From Oikopleura dioica (taxonomy: Eukaryota > Animalia > Chordata), in assembly GCA_907165135.1 (NCBI GenBank), contig OU015566.1, forward strand, positions 3,596,001-3,660,000: DNA of 64,000 nt, in the 5' to 3' direction. The notes under the pieces are model-generated. The model did no database searches. It was not told where the DNA came from and worked only from the letters and a program-made list of their open reading frames with translations. Positions within the stretch are counted from its first letter, which is position 1, and the number at the start of each line of letters is the position of its first letter. Made by a program: the position numbers and the translations under genes. Shown in pieces: positions 1 through 11,412 of the stretch.

Positions 1-1334
1 GCATTTTCTAAAAAGAGTTTGAAGGGAGAAAAACTTGAGGCTTGCTTACTCTTGGCTCGCAGCAGTAGTTTGTGTATTTTGTTCCGTCAGGTCCGGTTTG
101 GATTCCAAACCAGCTTGGAGGAGAAGATCGAGCCACGGTGAATCTGTTCTCTTCTGCATCCAAAGACTGACAGATTGACGTTCTTGTTTCGCTTAATTTT
201 AAATAAAAAAAAATAAAATTGCAAAAATATCTTACTCAGTTGCAAGCATAAGATTGACGTTAGTACCATCGTTACTCTGAAAAGGGGTGAAGTAAGCTTC
301 CCAGACAGTGACAGGGAAATTGACAGCATCGATAAAAGTCGTGGCACGATCAAGAACGAACGCTGATTCGCAAACTGCGTCCTTGTCGACATCATATGGA
401 TCGATTGGCGCCTCAGTGGTAGGTTCCATAGTTGTGGGCACTTCAGGAGTGGTCGTAACAAAAAGTGAGGCGTCACAGCAGTAGCTTGTCTAAAGATCAT
501 TTTAAGATGGCTTTTTTGGATAGAATGAACGAACCTTGAATTTGACGCAGAAATTCTCATCATCTTCAGCATATTCATGACATTCAATCGTCACATATCC
601 TGGGAGGACCAAATCGTCATCTGTTGGCCCAGAAGCAGCGGCCTGCTTCTTTCGTCTTCTCGCGTTGATTCCGTCCATTTGGAAGAAGCACTCGTCGCGC
701 ATAGCATCTTCGCTGATGACATCCTGATCTGGCATACCATTGACTCCATCGCTGATAATCCAACCTGTCACAAATCCGTCGGTGCTGGGTTCACGGCTGT
801 CCGTGGAACAGACCATTTGGCTTCCTCCCTTCCAGTTGGTGTTGACGAGGTTATTCTCTCCGTCGAAAATAAAGTGCTGGCTCTCGCAGCAAATTGTCAA
901 TTCCCACTCGTTACAGCCAGTAATTGTGTCGTTGGCACCAAATTCGTAATCGTTGCACTGCACGCCAGCCCAGTCAGGAACGGTCTCAGAGGCACTTCGT
1001 TTTGCGGCAATGTCGGAGAATTCGCCAGCCCAGTGATCGTTGCACATGCTGGTTCGGGAGCTGCTGTTGAGGACGAATGGGATGATGGTGTTTGGGACCA
1101 AGGTTGAAGTTTTGTACTTCTGCCAGGGGGAGAAGTCCGAAGCGTCGTTGACTCGGAGTTGAGGGGAGGCACTAAAAATTGGAAAATTTATTTTTCCCTC
1201 CGTCAGTTTTTCGGTCTGTTTCGATTCATAGCGTCAAAAATTTTCTCAACTTACGCGCACATATTCATCTCCTTTCCCAACTCTGGGTCGACAATCGCCG
1301 TTGAGAGGCCAAAAAATCCGATGGAAAGTTTCAT
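1..1334 (-). CDS. Secreted Cys-rich protein with mucin CysD/WxxW-like repeats (oikosin-1-like); 3' end runs off window
   Basis: ATG at 1334 (MKLSIGFFGLSTAIV...). GT-AG introns join in frame, e.g. 534-490 gives FK|TSYCC. Modules end in CNEWELTICC, CVKFKTSYCC and KYTNYCC, with a Thr/Pro linker (TTTPEVPTTMEPTTE). Confidence 0.6.
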
Positions 1335-1661
1335 CTTCAAAAGTATTTGATAACTCTTCGATCTGCACACGAAATTCGGTACAAGATCTCAGGATGAAGT
1401 CAACGCACCGTGGAGCCTCGTTTTTATGGCGGTGGTGGCGGCGCTGCGAGCTCCGATTTTCGGATTAACGAAATCAACCGAAGCGAATTCGATTTATATA
1501 GTGTGCTTTTGAAATTGTCGGCTGAAAAGCGAAAACCTGCGATGATCGTCATAATTGGAGAGTGGAATAAATTCGTATTTTTCGTCAACCATGAAATTCA
1601 GGTTTTCTTGATTTAAAATTTACGCCGCTGTAAAATCAAAGTCACGTTTCTGCCGACCTCT

Positions 1662-1688
1662 CTTCTTCTTCTTCTTCTTCTTCTTCTT
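1662..1688 (+). repeat. (CTT)n microsatellite
   Basis: About 9 perfect CTT units. Confidence 0.9.
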
Positions 1689-1698
1689 ATTTTCTTTA

Positions 1699-2390
1699 AG
1701 GGATCACCCCCCGATTTTTCAAACCTTTGGCGCGGATCATTATCGCCTATAATTAGATTCCTCGTGTTCTAAGGATCATTTTGATATATTATACTACTCT
1801 TTTACATGAATGCATCCCCAAAATTTCGCCTTGCAAAGTTCGGGAAAATGCATGTAAATTGTACTTAGCGTAAAAATCGCTAATTTTTTCTATTTTTCAA
1901 TGTCATCAAAAGAGGACAGATAAGGGGTTTATCGAAAGCTTAGAATCTGTAGATTAAGAATATAAGAACCGCATTAGAATTTTTGGCCATTTGCTGGCGC
2001 TGAAGAGCAATTGAATACCAAAAAATGCCGAAAATCGCTTCAAAAAGTATTACAACTATCTAAATTTTGTTTCGCTCATCAGATTATGCTGGTTCTACCA
2101 GAATAATAAGTTTAGGGTCCAAACTTGCTTCTCCAGCTAAAAGATCTGTAATTAAAAAGGCCACAAAAAAGTAGATACGATTTGAAAATGACCTAAAATG
2201 GCCATTTTTCAAAATGTTAATCACTTTGACGGCCTGTAATGCATAAGCGAATCTTTTGTTAGCAAGCTGATTCTACCAGAGTTTGCTCATTTCGATGCGG
2301 GCTTTCTAATGCGCCCAAAACCAGCCTCCTACGTAAGCTCAAAAAAAAGTAGATAGAGGTCAAAGTTGGCGAAATCGGGGGGGGATCCCT
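1699..2390. mobile_element. Non-autonomous DNA transposon/MITE with TA target duplication (Tc1/mariner-type ends)
   Basis: TIR AGGGATC(A/C)CCCCCCGATTT, 18/19 match between ends, flanked by TA at 1697-1698 and 2391-2392. No ORF. Confidence 0.8.
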
Positions 2391-3135
2391 TAATCTAAAT
2401 TTTTGTGATAAAAATTTGATTCATTGTCGAGGAAATTGAAACAGCGCCACATATCGGCGACGATTTGCCCACTCAGAAACCTGATTTTTTGTTGGAAATT
2501 TTATCGTTAGCCTGACCATATTCAGAATAGGTTTCTCTATTTTTTGCCTCTCTCAAAGAGCTCAACTGAGTTCTTTTTTCACACTCTGAATTTCTTCCTG
2601 GTATTCTGTTCTACCAAAATTTGCGGCAATTTTCTCGACAAAATAATCGTTCTTTTTCGCAGGATAGATACGATAGTTTATCACAAGAAAGTAGATTTGT
2701 GAGCCAAGTGTTTTTTCAGCGCTGCTCGTATTTTTACGTACCTTACGTAAGAAAATAATGGAAAGTCAAATTTTCTAAGATAATCTTCCTCAGATTTTTT
2801 CCAGAAATGGCTTTGAAAGTCAAAGAATCTAAAATGAAATGATCTAATTCAGGAAAAAAACGGTTCACTCCAGTCATATCATTCATCCGGGAATAGGATA
2901 GGATTTCTCAATACGAGGATCATCTTGCGGAATCATCAAACCTCTTGAAGGTCAGACCTAATCCAAAAGATCGATTACACGTGCCCCCGTGTTCACTTTC
3001 TAATCGAACTTTCTAAAGCCCCTGTGTAAAATTGGGATAGGGGCTCAATGCCAGAATATTCACTTTTTTAAACGTTGTCAGATATAATTCTTTTCGGGAA
3101 GTTCTACTTTTATTTATTTAGCAAGATTTTGAAAA

Positions 3136-5568
3136 TTATGCATTTGGATCAGCTGGTGTTTTCCAGAATTTTTTGTTTTCAAAGACGCACATGGTGAGAT
3201 AGTATGGGTATGCATCGGCGGCCATGATTGCGTTGGCAGCGGTGAGGAGGCACCAGTCTTGTCCCTTGGCGTCCAAAAATTGGACCTTGTCGAGACCAGT
3301 CAAGACGATTTGGACATCATCGGAGCCCATGTTCTTTGTGGGAACACCTGAAAAATAAGGCAAAAATTAGTAAAAGAAAATCACCTTGCTTGAAGGCCCA
3401 TGGAGTATCCTTGGTGACAACTTGAGTCAATTCGAAAGAAAAGCCTCCCATGGTGTATTTTCCGTCGTTCTTGAAGTACGGGAAGTTCAATCTGTAAATA
3501 TCCTCAGTATCGACGAGTGAGACTCCAACTTCGCCAGATCGAATCTTCTTGAGGAAGTCAGCACCACAGACATCCTTGGTCCAGACGATGAAACCTTGGT
3601 AGCGGTCGGTTCGGGGATTGACAGGGGCGTTCTTGACTCGGAACTTGGTGGAGAGAATGACGGAGTCTTCACCTTTGTAGACGTATTTGGTGGTTTTTCG
3701 CTTAAATTATAGAATAAATTTGAAAAAAAAATTAGTAAAACTTACCCCCTTCCACTGAGGAGTCCAGTTTTCACACATTGCAAGCTGATTGTCGTCGGGA
3801 TCACATCGGAAGTTGCCGTTGGTGTTGACGCAGACTTCGAAGCTGTGGCAGTTGTGGGCGCCGGCATCGCACTCGTCGAAATCAACACACTCTCCATCGA
3901 TGCAGGTGAATCCGTCTGTGCAGGCGGGATCACAGCCGCAAACTGGAGGAACCGTTGGGGGCTCCGTTGGTGGTTCAGTTGGTGGTTCAGTTGGAGGCTC
4001 AGTTGGTGGCTCAGTTGGAGGATCCGTTGGTGGCTCAGTTGGTGGTTCGGTTGGATCACAAGTTCCCTCGACTCGGCAGATGCACTCGAAGCCCTGGAGG
4101 TCTGCGGTATTCTGGCAATAGTAATTGTCCTCGCAGTTGTGATTGGCGCAAGGAGTTGGAACAGCTGGCCCAACACCAGGCTGGCATGAAAGGTCTAACT
4201 GGTAGTTGTTCCAGACGTAGTCACTCTGGAATTCGCCAAAGTCACCGAGACATGTGCCATCATGAGCCGAGTTACCATTAGCGTAGTAAGCGCCACCACC
4301 GACTTCAGTTGCCAGGAACCAACCGTAGTTGTTAGTCCATCGGAGTTCTGCACCCCAGCCTCCCTCGCAAAGGTATTGATCCTTGCCATTGACGATTTCT
4401 CCGGAAGCAGTGCAAGTTGAACCGCCCCAGCCCATGTTAATCACTTTGCAACAGCCAAGGTCGGTTGTTTCGCCAGTGGAGCAAGTAGCAAGTCGACCGT
4501 CTTCGTCCTCACCGTCCAAGCAATCCTTGAATCCGTCACAGAACTTGTGCTGGAAGACAGGTCGGAGGACATCGACGTGATCGTATTGGAGGCACATCGA
4601 TCTTGGCTCCATTGGATGAGTATCTCGCTTGGCGTCGCAGTAGAGCTCGTAACCTTGCTCAGCATCGGTTGTGGTGAGAAGTGGGTGGGGATTGTAGCTT
4701 CGGCCGTTGACGAGGGTGAATCCGCTGTACATGACGTTCGATGCTGGTTCAAAGGGATGTCCAGTGTTAATCCAGCTGGCGGCGTCGATGTCACCGACTT
4801 CGCCTCCAGTGATCCAGTCGGCCCAGTCGGGTCGATCCTGCTCGTGCATGTATCCAACAGCGTGGAGGAACTCGTGATGAATGCCGCCAACACCGATGCA
4901 CCAGTTGGGAAGTCGGAGTGCTTGCCATCCAGCCTGGATTCCGCTGAGACCATTGGTGCAACCATTGCATCGACCAACGTAGGACCAGCAGCCGCTGCCT
5001 CCTGATGTCTCACCGGCGATGTGAACACCGTGGGGGTAGGTGAAGTTGGGATCGTAGACGAATCGGACGCATCCCATAGCCTTGGTGAAGTCATCGAGCT
5101 CATCGTGGATTTGCTGCCAGTGCTCGGCGGGAACGGTGTCCTGGATGGCGTAGGGGACGACGTATCTGCCAGTGTCATCCTCAGCATATCGCCAGAGACT
5201 AGCCCAGGTCACAAGACCTCGAGAATTGGGGGCATTGGTCGGTGTTCCCTGATCAATCATCATTTCGTCCTAGTTTTGGCTCTTCATATCATATATTTTA
5301 ATCTAAAATTGACCTTCTTTCCGCATAATTACACGAAAAAGCACGGATTTCAGAGCCCTGTCCTTATTGTAGCCGAGCTTTTCAAACTCAGCGACCTGCC
5401 AAGTCTGGACGACCATATCACCATGTCTACCACCATGCCAGTCTGGCACAGTAACGGGAACCTTCGGCTCCCAGTTTCCTTTTCTAGCGGCGACCTAAAT
5501 GAAAGTTTATTCTCTTTTTTTCGCTCTCTGAATCTTACAGCAGCAGCGGTTGCGGCGAAAAGCTTCAT
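3136..5568 (-). CDS. Secreted astacin-family (M12A) metalloprotease with LDLa-like, EGF, PTEPP-repeat, EGF-Ca and unknown C-terminal domain
   Basis: ATG 5568 MKLFAATAAA|VAARKG. Zn motif HEFLHAVGYMHEQDRPD, LDLa-like CDGFKDCLDGEDE, cbEGF DFDECDAGAHNC. In-frame spliced exons run to the stop at 3136. The donor of the intron ending at about 5270 is ambiguous. Confidence 0.85.
3953..4060 (-). repeat. 12-nt coding tandem repeat encoding (PTEP/PTDP)n linker
   Basis: EPPTEPPTDPPTEPPTEPPTEPPTEPPTEPPTVPP in the astacin ORF. Confidence 0.9.
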
Positions 5569-6114
5569 TATTCGAAGTTTTTCGATATGCAATGATCAAT
5601 GATTTCCAATTCGTCAGATATAAATGAAGGGACACGTATCTCCGAAATCGTGTTCCGCGGTTATCAAATGTCGGAGCCTCCGAGAGTCTCGCGAAGAGAG
5701 GCCGATAAATTTCGCATATTAGAACGCAAAATAATTGAACCCCCAAAGGGGCGAGGCTTTTCGATGTTCGAGTTCGCATGTGGACAATGAAATTGAAACC
5801 CATATTCTTGACGTCCAAGATTGCCCATTGAACCGAGGAAATGGGGTCCGAAATTGTCGATTTCCCAATTGTCCAATCAGAATCGATTTTGAACTTTCTA
5901 CAAATTTTTTCACAAAATTTCATTTTTGAGACCACCAACTTGAAGTTGGCAATTTTTACATGCGGGCACCATAATCATCCATTTTCCGGAAAATCCCTTT
6001 TGTTCAAAATGCGCGGGCTGATTGGATGCGCGCGCTGTGGCTCAATCGCGGTGAATAAAAAAGAGAGATGAGTGATCGACAGCTGTAAAATCGAGAAAGA
6101 CGGAGAAACGGGCA

Positions 6115-9100
6115 ATGAGAAAGAAAAGAAGTACCAGAAGTAAAGAAGACATGGCTGAACTCAAGACTGCGTGTGAAAGTTGCGATATTGGATCGCCGTC
6201 TGTTCGTAAGTTAAATTTCTCAAGTTTGAGCCTTTCCGGAGGGTACTTATTTATTTGAAAAAACTCACACTTATTGTTTTTACTTCAAAAAAGGTGAAAT
6301 TTAGATACATTTTACGAAAGCGCCAAATGCGATTCAGAAGAAAACTACGAGCTCTTCTCCCAAGTCAGTTGCAATTGCGCCGAGCGAAAATTCACGGAAT
6401 CGGATGTCGCCAAAATCGGCCCAAGCTGCCAGGATATCACCGATTTGTACCTGGACTCGAATAATATTGAAGAAATTACAGAATATACGTTCAAAGAAAA
6501 AGGTAAATTGAATTTTCTTGCGGGTTGTTGAGAAGTTTTTCAGGCTATTTGCGATTTTTATCAATGCAAAACAATGGTCTAAAGAAAATTCACGAAAAAG
6601 CCTTTCTTCACCTAAATGTAAGTTTCAATGTCTTTGGATGTCCCTAGATGTCTCGGATGTCGAGCACAATGGCCCGACCTACTGCCGCATGAGGGCGCAG
6701 GGTGCGCGGAGGACACTGAGTCCTCCGAACTTCGCGAGTCCAGGGAGAACTGATGAGTTGGCGATAAACCCTAAATACACTAAGCGAGCGTTACACCTGG
6801 GAGTGAGCGCAGCAGGGGCGGACGGGATATTTTTGTTCTACCTATGCTAGTATCAACTTTAGTATCAATTCTAGAGGTGAGTAGGAGTGATGGTGCTGTT
6901 TCTATGGGACATATATATTATATATATATCATATATTATATATAGACAAAGTTGATCGTATTCCTGAAGATGCGGGAACAGGGTTCAAAATGTAGCAATA
7001 TAATGCTGCTACATGCTACACGTGCTACATCCCTCAAAAAAATTCCCTGCTACATGCTACATGTGCTACATCCCCTCAGAAAAATCGCTGCTACATGCTA
7101 CACTTGCTACATAAAAAATATTTTTTCGCGAAATTTTTAAAGTCAAACTAGATTACTTCTTAGCTACTAAACACTGTTAGGTATCAAAAGAGACGTTGAA
7201 AATAGTATGAGGCTGATAAATCGTCTCTTACGACAGATATTACTGTAAAATGTATTCTTGTCATGTTTTTTTTTTGAAATATTGCATTCTAGAACAAAAT
7301 TGTTGCTTTCTCACGAAAATTTTCTGCTGAATTTCGGAGTCGATAATAAGAAATCTGCTCTAGAATTTTCTTTAAGCGAACAAAAATCTTCACCCCCAGA
7401 AAAATGTAGCAATGTAGCAAGCTACCCTTTGCTACACGTTTTTCGAACGCTGCTACATGCTACACCTGCTACATCAGCATGTAGCAAAAATGTAGCAATT
7501 GCTACATTGCTACATTACTACACTGCTACATTTCGAACCCTGTGCGGGAACCAAAGATAAACCTATCATTTCTCACATCGGCCCAGGAGCGAAACCAGAA
7601 AGCTACGCTTTTTATCTGCAGTACGGAGAGAAGATTAAAGGAAAATACCAAAGGTTCCGGATGCGAATAAGGCAAGCAAACTCCGAGGGCTGCATTCTCG
7701 AGTGCAATCATTCAAGAAACAAGGGCACTAAATGTAAAGGAAGAGTTAAACTTCAAGTCCTTGATCCAAAGAAGATGCTCAACTGCAAGTTTGTGACGCA
7801 AGGAGTATTATTCGGTCGCTCATAAAATCCAAAATTCCGCAAATTATGTTGCAAATTATGAATTTTATCATCGAAAGTAATCGTTTTTGACTCTTTATTT
7901 AGATTCAGCGCAAAATTTCACTCTAGAAAAGTTTTTCTAGTTTATAAATAGTTTCATAAAAATGTGCGCGAAAAATCAGTCTAGCGAAATTTAGCTCCTA
8001 CGGGGGTACTACGCAGTCAGAAATGATGGCGGTGTTTGAATAGAAATTGACACACTTCACGCTGGGATTAGGCGGCTTCGCGCTCCCTTCCTTACTTGCC
8101 CACCCGCTGAGTAATTCATGGAGGTTCTCCCTCTGCGCTCCTCTGCGCACTCTCCTCCGGCGCCATGCTCAGAGCGCTCTTCAACCTCTTTTCCGCTCTT
8201 CCACCTCTTTTTCCGCGCGCCCTCTTGCGGATGTAGGTCGGGCCATTATGCTTTTACCCCGATGTCTCCAGTTGTCCCTAGATGTCTCAAGATGTTTGCG
8301 AATGTCCCTAGATGTATCCAGATGTCCCTCGATGTTCCTCGACGTTTTGGTAGTTAACTTTTTCCTTCAGAAACTTCAACAAATTCGTCTCGAAAACAAC
8401 GAGCTAGAATCGCTGCCCGGAAAACTGTTCGAACAAAATGTCGATTTGCAAACTATTTACCTCATGAACAACAAAATCCACTCGCTGGGCGATGGCATTT
8501 TCTACAATCTTCTCAACCTCGTCGATTTGAGACTCTCGCACAATTATATTCAGAATTTGCATCAGCAAGCTTTCAAAGGTGAGCCTTGATATTGATTTCA
8601 GGGCCTTACTCATAATTCTCTCTTTCAGATGTTGGCAAGCTCTCGATGTTATACCTGGACCACAATAACCTGACGACGATCCACAAAGAATGGTTCGAAA
8701 ACTTCCACACTCGCTGGACGAGAGAAGAGCACGGCCAAATCTTCCTCGATCCCAATCCGTGGGTCTGCGATTGCTCCTCTACCGATTTCCACAACTTTCA
8801 AATCGACAATGAGTTCTTCCACGACAAATACAGCCGCGACGAAGGATACGTGTCTCTTGGCTCTTGTCAGTATCCGCACACGCTGAGGGGGAAGAAGTTC
8901 GAAGACCTGACGACGACTGATGTTGAAGGGTTCATTTGTCAGCCGCCTAGGATTCTAGCGAAATCGGAAGGGAAAGTGAAGGTGGAAAAGGGCGAGGAAG
9001 AAATGGTCTGGGTGACGGTAGATGGTGCTCCCCGCCGATGGTTGAATTTATTGTTCGAGATGCATCGGTAAGTTGGAATAAGAAGACATCTTTATCGAGC

Positions 9101-9937
9101 GATGCACTTATTTTTCAGAATCACAGTGTCCAAATCGACGATTTCGAGCAAACACCCCTTCTGATGGAAAACCTGGACGAAGCTCACAACGGCCCTGCAA
9201 TCAAACATTCCATTCGTGTCCTCGACCACACTATCCAGCAACTTACTGTTATTGTTACAGTCACTTCAACGCTCGCGCAGTTTTCTGATCCGATCCACGA
9301 TCAATTCTCGGTAAGGAAGGCTCTTTACGCCTTTATTTAAGGCGGCTTCAAGAAAAAATATGTCAAAACCCGCGCACAAAGTCATAGAAACGAAAGGCCG
9401 CGGCTTCTTGGCCATTTTTGCAAAAAGCCGCAAGCGGCTTCCTAATCCACTCAAATATTAAGCTTAGGTTAGCTAGTAGCTACGTGATGTTTTTTCTCCT
9501 TGAGCACTTTAACTCGTGATTTGAATTATCGATCCTTTCGTAAGCGGTATCTGCTCAAGCGCGTCTTTTCTCATTTTTTTATTCTTTACTAAATGGGATC
9601 CATCAACATAAACCAGCTTCAGCCGCTACAAATGCCTCCCAAATCTTATTTCACCGACCATTTTCAGGTCGAAATTGATAACGCCAACGAGAGCGGCTAC
9701 TTTGCGAAACTCTTCTGGCTCTTCATCTTCTCCGCGCTTTTCTACGCGATCTATACGAATCGCGAAATGATTCTACGAAAACTCCGTTCTTTCGTTCCAG
9801 TCCAAGCGCCTTCTTCGCCCGCTCAAGATCAAACAGTCAACTACAGTCACTTGCCAGAGCATGACAATGCGGCCCTCGTTTCCAATGAACAGCTTTATGA
9901 GCCAGAGACGCCACAAGAACTCAAAATCAACGTCTAA
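6115..9937 (+). CDS. LRR + LRRCT + Ig-like + TM type-I membrane protein (apparent 1-nt frameshift at about 9030)
   Basis: Exons at about 6115-6205, 6305-6501, 6544-6617, 8371-8579, 8629-9067, 9119-9309 and 9669-9937. LRRs (LYLDSNNIEEI, IRLENNELESL, LRLSHNYIQNL), LRRCT NPWVCDC...CQYP, TM FAKLFWLFIFSALFYAIY. No signal peptide found. Confidence 0.75.
6663..8252. mobile_element. TIR element (possibly MULE-related) in an intron of the LRR gene
   Basis: 36-bp TIRs (6663-6698 and 8217-8252, 32/36 match, AGCA(C/T)AATGGCCCGACCTAC...). Contains an interrupted ORF with a C-x9-C motif. No TSD recognised. Confidence 0.6.
6979..7542. mobile_element. hAT-type MITE with GCTACAT subterminal repeats
   Basis: TIR CAGGGTTC(A/G)AAATGTAGCA. 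Perfect 8-bp TSD TGCGGGAA at 6971-6978 and 7543-7550. Confidence 0.9.
8261..8345 (+). repeat. 10-bp-period GATGTC minisatellite (continuation of 6627-6660)
   Basis: Units such as agatgtccct, agatgtctca, aatgtcccta. The same family occurs in the opposite orientation at 51108-51247. Confidence 0.75.
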
Positions 9938-10674
9938 AGTGAATGAATTCGTTCGTTTTTTAATGCAATCAAGCCTAAAAAATGAAACCAACGCTCAAAA
10001 TCCCTTTTGTCAACGAACAAAATTGTCAAAGTAAAAACAGCCGACATTTTCACCCGATCTACCGTTGAAACAACAAGAGTAATCCTATAATAACTGTTTA
10101 TTTTCGATAGAACAGACATTCGTGCGTGATATTTTGAGCATTTTATATCTTTTCAAGGACACATGACCCCAAACGACTTGTCAAAATCACTAAGTGAGGC
10201 TAAAAATGACCTCAGCGTTCTTTTGTGAGTCATTTGAAGTTATGCGGCCTTGTAAAATGGCATAAAACTCTCAAAATATCGAAAATAAGGCTTGATCTAC
10301 CGGAAAATATACAGTTGTATGCCGTCAACTCTTTCGGTTTTCCGGTAGAAAGGGTAAATGTTGAGTACACCCTGTAAAATACTTCGAAAGGGGATAATCC
10401 TCTGCTGAAATATCACCTTGCCTACTGACATTCTATAGAATCTGCTTCTCTGCCTTGTAGTTCCATTTATCACTTCTCTGTCTATATTTACCTTCGTTCG
10501 ATTCTTGCAATTCCCAGTTACTTCTTTCAGATAGCAATAACTTGTAATCACCCAGCCTCAACTAACCCTTCCTTCAAAAAACATGTAATTCAAGAAAAAA
10601 TAAAACGCTTCATTTAATTTCAAGAATTTTCGCTCGTCAATTTTATTTTACTTGTAATTTATTAGATGCTGGTT

Positions 10675-11001
10675 CTACTTCTTGTAGTCCGGGATATCAA
10701 GGTAATTTGGCGAGGCACCAAGCGCCCAGAAAGCTTCTGGATCGGATGCGTAGTTCGCGAAATCGTGAGCTGGGAAGCCCCGTTGACTTCGCATAAAGAA
10801 CGGGTGGGTCCATGTGTGCCCTAGAAAATGAAATTGTAACCTCTTCTTTATTCGTTATTGATAATAAAGAAAAATGAGCTTCACGGATTTGGGCCCGAAT
10901 TTTCTCTATAAAAAACTTCGATAGAACTTACTGCCTTCCACAAGACAAGTTGAAGAAACGATAAAAGCAAACAAAAATGTTGTATTCATCAAAGATCTCA
11001 T
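10675..11001 (-). CDS. 71-aa secreted peptide precursor (not in ORF track)
   Basis: Exon 11001-10932 (MRSLMNTTFLFAFIVSSTCLVEG), GTAAGT...TTTCTAG intron, then exon 10820-10675 in the matching phase. AATAAA lies just after the stop, and a pyrimidine-rich AG acceptor lies at about 11046. Confidence 0.65.
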
Positions 11002-11412
11002 TTCAAAAGTGAAGCTTCTTGGATTGTCGAAGTAACGTTCCGTAGCTATGAAATTAAAAATTAATTAGTATCTCGGTCTCCTTCAACTGATCACTGATCA
11101 ATTAAATCTTCCATTTGACCTTCGCCAAGAAGTTAATTCCGATGGAATGAATTCTGTATGAATCCAACAGCTTTTAGATAAAGAAATAGGTCAATTTTCT
11201 GAAAGGGAGCTTTGAAAAGCTGTAATAGATTATTGAAGACATCTGACTGACCGAGTTTTATACTTTTCAAAAGTCAATAAACTGCGGCTCATTTTATATA
11301 AAGAACGATGCTCGATATTAACTCGTATTTTTGAGACATGATCACAGATTGCGCGACTCTTTTATTGACGCAGTTTTTAGGCTCTCCTTGAATAGCCGTT
11401 GATTTCTGTTGT

